Source: Octopus vulgaris
Lineage: Eukaryota
DNA: 64,000 nucleotides
Assembly: GCA_951406725.2 (NCBI GenBank)
Contig: OX597837.1
Location: forward strand, 34,038,001-34,102,000
Direction: 5' to 3'
This document shows positions 13,439 to 26,925 of this stretch, one piece after another. Under the pieces are notes generated by a model, which was given only the letters and a program-made list of their open reading frames with translations, searched no databases and was not told where the DNA came from. The translations under genes were made by a program, and so were the position numbers. Position 1 is the first letter of the stretch, and each line of letters begins with the position of its first letter.

Positions 13439-14163
13439 CAGTGGTTCTCAACCGGGGTTCATATAAGATTTTTGAGGGTCCACGCAAGCAAAATAATTGG
13501 GGACACAGTAGAATTTTAACAGTCTATGAGAAACAAAAATGCTTTACTTGTATTTATTGCAAGAACGAGCTTGGTATCTTTCTTTAAAGTTTTACGTAGT
13601 TCAACCTACAGAAGTGAGCGTGTGGGAAACAAAATAAGGAAGCACTCCGTCGGTTACGACGATGAGGGTTCCGGTTGATCCGAATCAACGGAACAGCCTG
13701 CTCGTGAAATTAACGTGTAAGTGGCTGAGCACTCCACAGACACGTGTACCCTTAACGTAGTTCTCGGGGATATTCAGCGTGATACAGAGAGTGACAAGGC
13801 CGGCCCTTTGAAATACAGGTACAACAGAAACAGGAAGTAAGAGTGAGAGAAAGTTATGGTGAAAGAGTACAGCAGGGATCACCACCATCCCCTGCCGGAG
13901 CCTCGTGGAGCTTTTAGGTGTTTTCGCTCAATAAACACTCACAACGCCCGGTCTGGGAATCGAAACCGCGATCCTACGACCGCGAATCCGCTGCCCTAAC
14001 CTCTGGGCCATTGCGCCTCCACAAGGGAAACAAAATAGGAATTTTGAAAGACGTATCTATAAAACTAGTTTTTAAACATTTGAATGGCTGTGGGAGTCCA
14101 TCAAAATAGGATAGGAATCAAAGGGGTTCATAGATAAAAAAAAAAAATGGTTGAGAGTTGCAG
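13439..14163. mobile_element. hAT (Charlie-like) MITE containing a SINE C insertion
   Basis: Left TIR CAGTGGTTCTCAACC, degenerate right TIR GGTTGAGAGTTGCAG; TSD tcttaaat/tcctagat. Confidence 0.7.
13638..14020 (-). mobile_element. tRNA(Arg)-like SINE family C with 13-bp TSD
   Basis: Head GGAGGCGCAATGGCCCAGAGGTTAGGGCAGCGG, B-box GTTTCGATTCCC; TSD GGGAAACAAAATA at 13624 and 14025; second copy at 27817. Confidence 0.88.
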
Positions 14164-15242
14164 TCCTAGATAAAACAAAAAAGATAGGATTGTCACTGAA
14201 GGAATTCTCCTTAAATACCTACTTAATCGGGCTAACCACCATTATCACAAAACGCCGTCAACGCCGCCGACGCCAACAACAACAGACATTGGACAGATGT
14301 TAAGGAGTGATGACGAAGCGTTGGTGATGGCCATAAATAAAATAAAAAAAAAAAAGACGAACTGTAAAAAAAACACGAAGCTGCATTAGAGAAATGGCGA
14401 CATCAAAGAAAATGAGTCTTCTGTAGATGTGTCGATTGATCGTTGGGTTGTGATAGCGATGATGGCGCTTAATGGCGGTGGCGTTAGATTGTCGGAGTGA
14501 TGTAAGTGGTGATGGTAATAGTGGCGGTGGTGATGGTGGTGGTGGTGGCAGTGATGGTGATAGTGGTTGATAATGGCGGCGGCGGTGGTAGTGAGAGAGA
14601 AAAAAAATTTCCAGGTGAAACAGTCATTAGATATCACAGGAAAAACCCTGAGCAGACGACATGGTACGTTACATACCTACGACCGACAGCGGAAATTTTT
14701 CAACGTCATTTTTTCCCCCTTTTAATTTGCACAATCAATGTTCAACACACAGACACACAATTAGTAAACAATGGATTGTATTTTAACGCTTCGCAGGAAG
14801 GAGAGAGCGTGTGAGAAAATGGTTATGACGGGTAAAATAGTTGTGTAGGTAGGGCAGTTATACACGGGAGCCAGCTGTCAACCGCAAACCAATAGGGTTT
14901 GGTAACGTGTACCATGTTTTCGCTAATTGTTTTAGGAGCCTATGTAGTCATGAGCAGACATAGACAACCTCTCAATTTCCTTGGAGTCAATGGCACATCC
15001 AGAGAAAGAGAGGAAAAAGAGAGAGAGGCGACCTAGCACTCAACTGGTAGTTTACACACACACACACAATATCTGAAAATAATTCTTTAAGGCCGTGTCC
15101 GGTTACTTGAAGACTTTCGTTATGACAAAACATATTAGATAACTTGTGATGCCATGTTTCACATTAAAAAACATTTTCTCTTAGTATTCAAACACTCAGT
15201 TTAAGTTGGAAATGCACTGAAGAACTAGCAGACGCAGACATT

Positions 15243-15278
<36 letters not shown>

Positions 15279-15284
<6 letters not shown>

Positions 15285-15476
15285 TATATAGAAGGAGCTT
15301 CTACAGGACTAGAACTGTTTCATTCAAGAGAAATCTTCAGGAAGCTTCCTGAAGATTTCTCTTGAATGAAACAGTTCTAGTCCTGTAGAAGCTCCTTCTA
15401 TATAATAAATTAATTTTACTCTGCTATGTATTGAGTACCTTATTTACTGTGGTTAACCCCGAATCAACCCGGGACC

Positions 15477-15480
<4 letters not shown>
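15279..15480 (+). mobile_element. Palindromic hammerhead-bearing PLE-like element, copy 2
   Basis: Perfect 132-bp palindrome 15279-15410 centred on AAGCTT plus a 70-bp tail; flanked by (TA)n. Confidence 0.85.
15343..15393 (+). ncRNA. Type I hammerhead ribozyme motif (mirror copy on minus strand)
   Basis: AGCUUC CUGAAGA U-UUC-UCUU-GAA-U GAAA CAG-UUCUAGUC-CUG UA^GAAGCU: stems I and III pair; stem II starts with a U-U mismatch; predicted cut after A15387. Confidence 0.65.
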
Positions 15481-15530
<50 letters not shown>

Positions 15531-16009
15531 CATACATACACACACACATATATATATATATACTCATACGAACACGAGACGGTTCAGTATTATGTTTATA
15601 CTTTAATATGTGTGTAAACTTATATCTACTGAGATACACATATATCGACGCATGCGCAAATGAGAGAGAGAGAGAAAAAGAAAATTTAATTTCAAAATTT
15701 CAGTGCTACATTCGTCAAAAACTAGAGATGTAACGATATATATTGGCGAAGGGGAAAATACTGTGTGGGGGGTACGGAGGGAGAGGGAAATATGTGTACG
15801 CGAGCGTATGTGCATATTTATGAATATATGCATGTGTACGGGCACATACATAGCCTTGTGTGTGTGTGTGTGTGTACACATATACGCAAACACACCTACT
15901 GGAGAACAAGATGAACTCGAATACACTCGTATCAAATAGTTAACGACACTTATCACATAAATAATGTGTGACTATGTGTCTATGTATGTGTGTGTGTATG
16001 TCTCTCTCA

Positions 16010-16040
<31 letters not shown>

Positions 16041-16203
16041 GTGTGTGTGTTCGTGCGTGTGTGTGTGTGTATGTTATATAATATCTTCGTCTGTGTGTTG
16101 TCGGTCGGCGGAACATCTAGAGCAGTTTTGTATTACGTGTTGCGAATTAGACGTGAAGGTGGATATCCCAGAAAAATTGCATAAATTCTCCGATGGCGAT
16201 GTG

Positions 16204-16238
<35 letters not shown>

Positions 16239-16465
16239 TATACACTTAAGCATGTGTGTGTGTGTGTGTCTGCACAGACATATGTATTTCTATATAACTT
16301 TAAATATAGACACAGACATTAAAAAAAAAAAAAATTTTCATTTCATATGTAAAATCGTTCCGCTGATATATATACGTAGAAAAATGTATAGATGCATGTC
16401 TATGGGGTCGGGGGAGAAAGCGAAAGAGATGGAGTGGATAGGTAAATGGATTAGAGAGGTGATTA

Positions 16466-16805
16466 GGCGCATGGCTCAGTGGTTAGAGCGTCGGGTTCAC
16501 AATCGTGAGGTAGTGAGTTCAATTCCCGGAATGGGTTCTGTGTTGTGTTCTTGAGCAAGACACTTTATTTCACGTTGCTCCAGTTCACTCAGCTGTAGAA
16601 ATGAGCTGCAAAGTCACTGGTTCCAAGCTGTATTGGCCCCTTTACCTTTCCTTTGGTTCAAATCAATGGCATGAAGAGGGGAGGCTGGTATGCATGGGCG
16701 ACTGCTGTCTTCCATAAACAACCTTGCCCAGATTTGTGCCTTGAAGGGTAATTTTCTAGGTACAATCCCATGGTCATTCATGAATGAAAGTGGAGGGGGG
16801 GTCAC
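16466..16805 (+). mobile_element. tRNA-derived CORE-type SINE family D
   Basis: A-box TGGCTCAGTGG, B-box AGTTCAATTCC, CORE-like TTGAGCAAGACACTT...CAGCTGTAGAAATGAG. Confidence 0.8.
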
Positions 16806-16852
16806 CCTTATATGTTTAGACAGATAGATTAATTGAGGGATATATATATATA

Positions 16853-17054
16853 CTCTTTTACTCGTTTCAGTCATTCGACTGCGGCCATGCTGGAGCACCG
16901 CCTTTAGTCGAGCAAATCGACCCCGGAACTTATTCTTTGTAAGCCCAGTACTTATTCTATCGGTCTTTTTTGCCGAACCGCTAAGTAACGGGGACGTAAA
17001 CACACCAGCATCGGTTGTCAAGCAATGACAGGGGGACAAATACAACACACACAC

Positions 17055-17099
<45 letters not shown>

Positions 17100-17257
17100 T
17101 ACGACAGGCTTCATTCAGTTTCCGTCTACCAAATCCACTCACAAGGGATTGGTCGGCCCGGGGCTATAGCAGAAGACACTTGCCCAAGGTGCCACACAGT
17201 GGGACTGAACCCGGAACCATGTGGTTGGTAAACAAGCTACTTACCACACAGCCACTC
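16853..17257 (-). mobile_element. SINE family A
   Basis: Matches family. Confidence 0.9.
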
Positions 17258-17983
17258 ACCTTTTTATCTTTATAAACACACATCGCGACATACCATCATC
17301 ATTCGCCTCTTTTCTTAAGGCTCTACGACGTCACTCCATTCCCACAAAATTCCTGTCAAGCTCTACAATCCATTTAACCCATCACACACACACACACACA
17401 TATAAGGTCAGGGCCGAGCTGTAGCATCACTTATAACCTACGCAAACCGTTATTTTCTTCTTCTTCCTCCTTTCATTTCTCCATTTGTTTCTTTGTTTTT
17501 TAATGAGCCCCTCATCTCTCTCCTCCCCTCAAAACAGCTGAGTAACTCTCTTCATCGTTTCGTGCGGATTTTTTCCTTTTTTTTCCCTCACCCCCCACCT
17601 CCTCCTCCTCTTCCTCCATCACCAGCAGCAGCACTCTACTATTCTCGCTCAGCCTCTGCGCTGACGTCAATCGAGGCCGCTCCTTCATCACAGAGGAAAT
17701 GATTTTGGTCAATTAGTGGTGGCTGGCATCATTCCAGGTGAAATCATCTTCCCTTCTTCGCTCACCCGCTCTCCTCTTCCAACACACACACACAAAATAT
17801 GTATTTATGGGTATGTGTGTGTGTATTATATATATATACACATATATATATACACAAATATACACGCATCTATTATATATGTATATACATATATACAAAC
17901 ACACATCTCTCTATCTATCTATCTATATATATATATACACACATCTATATATATACACATCAATATATATATATACACACACA

Positions 17984-18026
<43 letters not shown>

Positions 18027-18051
18027 CTATATATATATAGACAGACAGACA

Positions 18052-18117
<66 letters not shown>

Positions 18118-19130
18118 CATAAATGCATATAAGTATGTATATACATACATCACGTTCGCGTACGCTTTCAAATAATTTTGTACATAAAATCGTGTGTATA
18201 CACACTTATACACTTATATACACAAACGTGCGTGCGTGTGTGTGTCTATACACACACATACATATTTATTGCACACATATAGATGCTCTTTTCCGTTACC
18301 ACACCCCATTTTCTGTCTGTCTGTCTGTCTGTCTCTCTTTCTCTCGACCCCCAGCCTCTCGACACCACCCCGCCACGATAAGCTGACTCAGCACCGAACA
18401 CTGCAATGAGTATCTGATTCTGCCGACATCGTCCTCCTCCAGTCGTCTACAGGTGACGTAACAAGAGAGAGAGCAGAGCAGAACCGCAAAGTACGACATT
18501 GAAACCTGAACGGAGCTGATAGTGTGTAGCTTACTGGTTTCAGAGGGAAGCCGGGGGGGTAAAAAGAACGAGAGAGAGCGAGAAGGGGGTGGGGGTGGGG
18601 AGCAGGGTCGACCTCGCCGACGGGATTTGAACTCAAAATTCGAGTTGTAATTAAACCTATTTCAAACATCTTAGGCAATTCGTCACGTTTGATTTTTTAA
18701 AAAACTTTTAGCTCAAGGTCATACATTGCCAAGGAGGAAAACAGCCTTGCCTCGTCTGCCATAAAACAGCTGAAGTGTTATTGGTCATACGACGTTGGGC
18801 AGACGTTTGCAACTAGAGGTCATGACAATAAATATGACCTACACACGATAGTTATAATTTAACCTTATATCAAATATATCAAATCTCATTTATGTGTGCG
18901 TGTATGGTAAAGCATGGGGAATTATACATTTTTGATTAAATTTAAAAAAAATTATCATGTTTTGAGAATGTAAAATTCCAACACGTGTTTCTGCAGAAAT
19001 TAAGTCAGCTTGCAAATACACGTTTACTTTACTAAATTTATACTCGGGCAAAGCTCGAACAGCGTTCATTAATATATACATATGTGTTGAGCGTTCATCA
19101 ATATATATATTATTGAGTGTTCATCACCTA

Positions 19131-19260
19131 CAGCCGTTTCTGCTATAAGATGCAATACTGCACTCATAGTCGAGTGCTTGCGTGAACCTCCGACGGAGCT
19201 ATAAGGTGATGCACAAGCACTCGGACATGAGTACATTGTATCTTATAGCAGAAATAACTG
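19131..19260. mobile_element. Tc1/mariner-type fold-back MITE
   Basis: About 50-bp imperfect TIRs CAGCCGTTTCTGCTATAAGAT / ATCTTATAGCAGAAATAACTG; TA on both sides. Confidence 0.8.
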
Positions 19261-20100
19261 TAAGCGAATGAAGTTCATTACATAATCTCTCTTGTCATTT
19301 AACGCTTTTCTCTGAGTGTGTGTGTATATATATATATATTTATTTATTTATATACACACACTTGAGTGTTACACGTCATATGATGGGTTCTATAAGGAGC
19401 AAATTTTTGTTACGATGAGTAATATGAGGAAATATGATAAAAGTTAAATAATAATATTGTATTGGTCAAATTCTTTGGTGCTTTTACAAAATGATAAAAT
19501 ACTAAAAGTATCACCGTACACAGTCTGAAAACATCTGGTGTAAGAGGTTCTAGCGCTGACCAACCCATCTGAATTTCAGACAATCCATCTAAAGCAATAT
19601 TATTCAACCTGTTACTAACCTAACTTAATTTCAAAGTCGTCTTCTCTTTTTTTTTAAAGACAAAGCCTTATCTGAAGCAAATTTGTTTGCTATTTCTAGC
19701 AAACTGAGTGACCACATAGAGGCTTCCTACTCTCAACTCATCTTAATTTTAGACAGTGTATATAGAATGACATTATCCGATGTGTCGTGCTTCTTAAAAA
19801 AGAACGGTAGGGAGATTTGGTTACTATTTCTAGCAAGCTGAATTATCACGTTTAGCAGCCTCCTCGACAGCACGAGATATCTACGGCTGGTGCGTGTGAA
19901 AGAAGGATATAAAATAATGGCGGGTATTCCAGCGGATTACGATACTAGAAAATAAAAGACGGGACATAGGGTTCGGTGATATCAGAAACAACTTCGTTTT
20001 TTTATCCTCGTGGGATCGATGCATGAATGCCAGGCAAGTACAGGACCGACAAATTCCTAGTTCGGTGCCAAATACCATATTAGTTCGCCTATTACACTTG

Positions 20101-20488
20101 TTTACTCTTTACTCTCTTTTACTTGTTTCAGTCATTTGACTGCGGCCATGCTGGAGCACCGCCTTTTTAGTCTAGCAAATCGACCCCGGGACTTATTCTT
20201 TTGTAAGCCCAGTACTTATTCTATCAGTCTCTTTTTGCCGAACCGCTAAGTGACGGGGACGTAAACACACCAGCATCGGTTGTCAAGCAATGCTAGGGGG
20301 ACAAACACACACACATATATAAATATACATATATACGACAGGCTTCTTTCAGTTTCCGTCTTCCAAATCCACTCACAAGGCATTGGTCGGCCCGGGGCTA
20401 TAGCAGAAGACACTTGCCCAAGATGCCACGCAGTGGGACTGAACCCGGAACCATGTGGTTGGTTAGCAAGCTACTTACCACACAGCCA
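20101..20488 (-). mobile_element. SINE family A
   Basis: Matches family. Confidence 0.9.
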
Positions 20489-22221
20489 CGTTTATTTTCT
20501 CTCGCGTTTTGATAAAGGAACAACGATTCGGTCGTTCAACCTAAAGCCGCCATTTTGAAACAACGAGCGTATTAAGATGGCGACATAACATCACAAAGCT
20601 AATGGTTTTATTTCCGCGCTGTTGAGCCAGTGCTATCCGGGAAAGAGCTGGACTTTTCTCGGTATGGACATGGAGGAGAATCTGTCTGATTTAACGCAAT
20701 ATCCCCGCTGTATCATCGGTCATGGAGAACGAATGAAGGTTATTTAGAATGCTTCACTGAACTAGTTCATTTTTTTTTTTTCAAACTAGCTTGCAGATAG
20801 GAAAATATGACTAGGAGTGATGGGAGGGGGAGGGAAAGAGAGAAAGATACTCAGAAGAAAGAAGGTGAACAAGAGAGCGTGAAATAAAGGCGTATGGCAA
20901 GAGAGAGAAAGAGAGAGTGAGCGAGATAAGACAGGACGTATATATGCAGGAGAAAGATGGCGCGTGCGAGAGAGAGGGATGTAGGGAGAGAGAGAGAGAG
21001 AGAGGATCAGATAGAGAGAGAGAGGGGGCCAGATAGAGAGAGAGAGAGAGACGGCCAGACAGAGATAGAGAGAAAGAGAGAATGAATGAGATAAGACAGA
21101 ACGTATATATGCAGGAGAAAGATGGCGCGCGCGAGAGACACACACACATACACAGAGATAGAGACAGACACAGAGAAAACCAAATATCTATGAGAAGCGA
21201 GAGAGAGAAAGAGAACCAAAGACATGAGGAGAGAGAGAGAAGAGAGGGTCAAGAGAAGACAGAGTGAGCAAATGAAAGTAAGAAAGCGTGAGGAAGAGAG
21301 AATGAACTAGCGGGGGGAAAGTGAGAAAGAGAGGGGGGAAGGACGAAACAATAAATGAAGCGAGACATGATGAGGAAGAAGATAGAGGCTAAAGTGGAGT
21401 GCGGAGAAGATAAGGACGGCCATTAGGATTGGTGGCTCTTAAAGAGGAGATGGTGGTGGTGGTGGTTGTGGTGTAGTTGGGGATGTAATGCTTATGACCT
21501 TTGATGGCCGGACCAGAGCGAGGAGATCAATTCCAGACCGCCATAACTCTGGGAAAGGATGGATCAGAGTGTTTAATGTGTGTGCGTGTGTGTGCGCGTG
21601 CGTACATGTGTATGAGTGTATGCGTAATCGTTGCAAGGAGAACTGGGAAGAGATGAAGGAGAGAAGAGGTGACTGAGTCACGTGGGTTTCAATTCAGCGG
21701 GAAATAAAAGCAAAAAAAAAAATCCTCTCCCCGCCCCCGAAATGATCTAACACACGCACACACAAATACATACACGTACCAATACGCACACACACACACA
21801 CACATTATTGACGTTATAAAAATATATAAACTTCGAGAGAACATGAAACAATTCTATTATGGAACAGTGAAACTCGAAGCAAATAATGCTATAAATAATA
21901 GCATGTAAATATTGGGTAAAAAAGAAACCTATTTGGTTGTTAAAAAAAAAAAAAAAAAGGCTGCTCGTAGGCCCCGAAACCACATCTTCTCTAAACATGA
22001 CAGACGTTTTACCACCGGACCAAAGCAATCTTTCGAATTACTCTCTCCATTTCAGAAACTTCAATTCTTACCAGAAAGAGCTGTATACTGTTGATGTCAT
22101 AAGAATTTTATAATTCTGTATCTTACTTTTTTAAACTCTCGCTTACATCATTAGATTGCGGCCAAGCTGGAGTACAGCCTTGGGGGATTTTAGGAGAACG
22201 ATTCCACCCCAGGACTTATTT

Positions 22222-22554
22222 TGGTACTTTTCGTTTATCTCACCCCCATTAAAAAAATTGGGTTATCTCCCCACTAAAAAGTTGAGTTCATGTGGTGACA
22301 AAAAATTGGATTAAAAGAGATCTTTTTGATTGAATACTTCAACACTTTCTTGACTTTTGGCTTCCTCAATAGGAATGGCATAATTTGTTATAAAAATATT
22401 ATCAGATTCAATAAAATGTTTAATATTTTCTTTTTTCATGTTTATTAATTTTTCATTTTTTTTGTTTGTTTTATTGAGGGTTAAACATTTTTTTAGTTGG
22501 GGAGACGACCCAATTTTTTAATGGGTGGGGGGATGATATAACCAAAAAGTACCC
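22222..22554. mobile_element. TIR MITE (GGGTACTTTT ends) inserted in an old SINE A
   Basis: Terminal and subterminal inverted repeats; second copy at 38147-38493; SINE sequence resumes on both sides. Confidence 0.75.
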
Positions 22555-23119
22555 GTATATTTATAGCTTGGTACTTATTTTATCGAACCTTTTTTTTGCC
22601 GAACCGCTACAGTTAAGGGGACGTAAGCAAACCAGCACTGGTGGGTTGTTGAGTACAAACACATAAAGATGCGCCCTTCTACCTCATATGTATATATATT
22701 TGAGAATTTGTTTGGGTTGGGGAGTAAGTTTTATGATTTTTTAAATACGGTGATGTATTTTGTATCCCATGACTCCCCTCCCCCCGTGACCACCAAACTA
22801 GACAGCCTTCGACCAGAGATGACCGGAAGTTATTACAACAACAACAACAAGCAAAACAACAAAATAGTGCTGTTGACTAAAGGTTGGGAGTGAGTGGTGA
22901 TGGGGATGGGGGCAGGGAGGTGGGGGTTAAGAAAACCGATAGGAAACTGACCTTCAGTGTCACGTGAGTTGAGAGATCGATGAAGAGTTGGTGTATCTTG
23001 ATCAGTATCGACGCGAACAGCACCTGAAGATATGCACAAAGAGAAACAATAATAAACAGATGCACACCTACATTGCAAGTATTTAGTTGCTGCTGCACCA
23101 GCAATACATTTCATCTCAT

Positions 23120-23155
<36 letters not shown>

Positions 23156-23157
<2 letters not shown>

Positions 23158-23354
23158 TAATCCAAACAAGAAAACAAAAAGTCAACAACGCGAGGACGTG
23201 GAACAAATAAAGTATTATTGGGCGCTCAGGAAAGAAGGGAAGAAGGAGGGTTTAACGTTTCGAGCGGAGCTCTTCGTCGGAAACATAGGAGAAAGAAAGA
23301 TCCCGAGGTGGGAGGACAGAGGGAAAAAAATGCAAGTGGTCTTCACGAGGTCAC
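23156..23354 (-). mobile_element. Hammerhead-bearing element family P1
   Basis: Minus GUUU CCGACGA A GAGC-UCC-GCUC GAAAC GUU AAAC at 23250-23284; TA flanks. Confidence 0.8.
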
Positions 23355-23666
23355 ATACTGATATATATACACACTATATATATACACACACGCACTATAT
23401 ATATATATATACACATTCACACTATATATACATACACACACACTACATATAAATATACACACACATATATATACACACACACATATATACACACACATAT
23501 ATATACATAAATATATATATACACACACACACACACACATATATACACACTAACTCATATATAAACATACGTACATATATACATGTGCCCATACACACAC
23601 ATAAATGTAAATATATCTGAAAAAGTCTTGTCGCTTTGTTAACGACCAGATTGAGTTCTCTTAAGA

Positions 23667-23711
<45 letters not shown>

Positions 23712-23946
23712 TGTTTTTCTTTCTATTTATGTCTTTCGTTGTTCGAAAAATAGTTCATATTCCATGTATTCGTACTTTGCTTTTTTTTTGTATTGTACAC
23801 GTTCCGTGACGTCCTGTGCGCACATATGCATATATATGTACGTATAGATGTAGGTATGTGCATATATGTATGTATATATGAAAAGATGGACAAAGAATAA
23901 TATAGCTGGCAGGAAGGAATTCGTGTTATATGCAATGTTAAATATA

Positions 23947-24187
23947 TTCGGTTGTTGCATAATTATTGCGCCTTTTTTTTTTTTCAACAAATTTTATTCA
24001 ACAAAAACAAGAACAACATGTAACAAAAACATCTTTAAATGATTATTCCGGAGCATATTCACCATCTACTTCAATTACTGCCTCCCATTTGATTGGCAGA
24101 CGATCAGACAGTCATTTATAGGTGTTTTTGTTTTTGTTGAATGAAATTGGTTGAAAAAAAGCCGCAATAATTATGCACCAACCCCAA
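23947..24187 (-). mobile_element. mariner deletion derivative retaining the transposase C-terminus
   Basis: Same TIRs as 8082; TA flanks; 24105-24043 minus encodes DRLPIKWEAVIEVDGEYAPE*. Confidence 0.85.
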
Positions 24188-24956
24188 TATATATCCATAT
24201 ATATATTCGGTATTTCTTAGTCCCACGCTCGTACAAGCGTCTTCTCCTCACCAAACATACACATAACAAAGTCAATGAGAACCCTTTATTACTTTTGTTA
24301 CACGGTCGTAGTCATTCAGTTTGCAAGAAACAACAGCCAAATTTCCTTCAAATGAAAACCGCCAGCGACAGCGGAAAGGAGAAAAAAACTCAAACCTTTG
24401 ATAAATGGTTCTGTGATGACGATGACAACGACGACGATGATGATGACGATGAAGTTTGTAAAGGTGATAAGGAAAGTGAAGATAGTGGTATAATATTAGT
24501 TATAGTATGGTGGGGATGGTTGGTGGTGGTGGTACTGATAATGACGATGGTGGCGGTGGTGAATTCATTAATGATGATAACTGTGGTGTCGATGATGATG
24601 ATGATGATGATGATGGTGCTAGCATTGATGAGGAAGAATATTACCAAGTTAATGAGTTGTATTTACCAAATGCTAAAGTCACCTCCTTTTTATTCCTTCT
24701 CTCCCTCTCTCTCTCACACACACACAAATACACACACTTTTTTTTCTCTCATCTGACTTCATTCTTCGCCTCATCGCCTCAACAATGGAACAGCGTTTCT
24801 AATGAACGACCTAAAACCAGCTTTAACGTCGCCATGACACCAGAACTGAAGGAGAAAAAGGCGAACGGCAGAAATTTCATGATTAACAACTCAAATGCGA
24901 AGATTCCGCTGAATAGAAAAATCTACCTATTCACTCTCTCTCTCTCTATTTCTACT

Positions 24957-24998
24957 TTATTATTATTATTATTGTTATTATTATTATTATTATTATTA

Positions 24999-25045
<47 letters not shown>

Positions 25046-25195
25046 GTTATTATTATTATTATTGTTATTATTATTAATATTGTTATTATTGTTGTTATTA
25101 TTATTGTTGTTATTATTATTATTATTGTTATTATTATTATTATTGTTGTTATTATTATTGTTGTTATTATTATTATTGTTGTTGTTGTTGTTATT
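24957..25195. repeat. (TTA/TTG)n microsatellite
   Basis: Direct reading. Confidence 0.95.
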
Positions 25196-25384
25196 TTTCA
25201 TGGTTTAACATTTCTGTCTGTCTGTCTGTCTCTCATAAAAGCTGGCTTTTGAAAGCCATTTTCATGCCTTGTTATGAAAGGAGGAGAAAAAAAAACACAC
25301 ACACACACACAAAAAAGCCAACTGCAAAGTAAATAACACGGCAAGAATATGTCGTCCCAGAAGTATTTGTGCGCGTGCGCGACC

Positions 25385-25421
<37 letters not shown>

Positions 25422-25752
25422 GTGCTGAAGAATAAATAGCATGGTAGGGAAACTGCTAGAAAATAAATGTCGTGGTAAGATTATGATGAAAGAGGAAAAA
25501 AAACTGCCGGAGAAGACAAGGGTTTAATGATAGAGGTTTTTGTGACCGAGAGAAGGGGAAAAAAAACTGGTAAGAAACAGCCACAGCGGGAAGCATTCAG
25601 GAGTTAATAAACAAAATGGTTTTCTGATGATTAGGAGAGTCAAAAACTGCTTAGAAACTGTCAGTATGACTGAGGAAAGTTGTCAGAGAATGGTAAAAGA
25701 AGTTTATGGTGACCGTCAAAAGGAAGAAAGAAGAGCGAGCAAATAGCACAGC

Positions 25753-25968
25753 TGTTTAAACCGGCCATATCCGGCCCAAATATTCTACATGCTTTATATT
25801 CAAACTGGCCATATCCAGCCTCTCACACCTAACCTACAGTGACATTCTAAAAATAAACAATCATATCATTGAAACCTCAAAGCTATAAACATAATGCATG
25901 GTTAATTCAAACGATTTGAGTGAAAAAGTATTACATTTAATAGAGAAATTTGAACACCAAAGGGTTAA
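25753..25968. mobile_element. piggyBac-like MITE lacking its left end
   Basis: Right end AAAGGGTTAA; internal GGCCATATCC repeats; bracketed by a 117-bp direct duplication. Confidence 0.6.
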
Positions 25969-26277
25969 AAGAGTCAAAATCTGCTTAGAAACTGTCAGTA
26001 TGGCTAAGGAAAGCTGTCAGAGAATGGTAAAAGAAGTTTATAGTGACCGTCAAAAGGAAGAAAGAAGAGCAAGGAAATAGCACAGCAAAAGTATTACCGT
26101 ATTTGATAGCATATGAGATGCATTTTTTACCACTGAAAAATGTCTTAAAAATTTATCCTGGATCCTGTATGTAAAGTTCGGCCTCCCATAAGCTAATTTT
26201 GTCGCTGACATTCATGGCTATAGACTAATTTTTAATGCAGACAGTCTTTTCTACCAAGCCCAACTCGTTTTATCCAC

Positions 26278-26671
26278 ACCCGAAGGGATGAAATGCAAAG
26301 GTGACCTCGGCAGCATTTGAACTCAGAACGTTAAGTCAGAAGAGATGCCGTTAAACATTCTTTCCGGCGCGATAACGTTTCAGCCAGCTCGCCGCCTTAA
26401 TAATAAATAAATAAATAAATAAATAATAATATTGGGCGGCGACCTGGCAAAATCGTTAGCACGCTGGGCGAAATGCTTAGAGGTATTTCGTCTGCCGTTA
26501 CGTTCTGAGTTCAAATTCCGCCGAGGTCGACTTTACCTTTCATCCTTTCGGGGTCGATGAAATAAGTACCGGTTACGCACTGGGGCCGTTGTTATCGACT
26601 TAATCCCTTTGTCTGTCTTTGTTTGTTCCCTCTATGATTTGGTAGACGGAAACTGAGAGAAGCCCGTCTTG

Positions 26672-26705
<34 letters not shown>

Positions 26706-26925
26706 GTGTATGTGTGTTTGTCCCTTACCACCGCTTGACAACCAGTGTTCGTTTGTTTCCGCTCCCATAACTAAGAGGTTCAGCAAAAGGGACCGATAGA
26801 ATCGGTACCAAGCTTAAAAGGAAAAAAATAAATGTGGGATCGATTCATTCGACTAAAAATTCTTCAGGATAGTGCTCCAGCATGGCTGCAATCTAATGAC
26901 TGAAACAATCAAAAGATGAAAGAGA
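26278..26925. mobile_element. Head-to-head SINE B pair; the plus copy continues into a SINE A body
   Basis: B(-) 26278-26396, (TAAA)n spacer, B(+) 26435-26636, then family A sequence from GATTTGGTAGACGG. Confidence 0.8.

Noticed and set aside
16466-16530. tRNA gene (also heads at 13950-14020 and 27817)
   Set aside because: A/B boxes run into SINE bodies; no clean cloverleaf or terminator
24351-24660. Acidic D/E-rich coding-looking segment
   Set aside because: (GAT)n low complexity; the acidic reading shifts frame; no convincing splice sites
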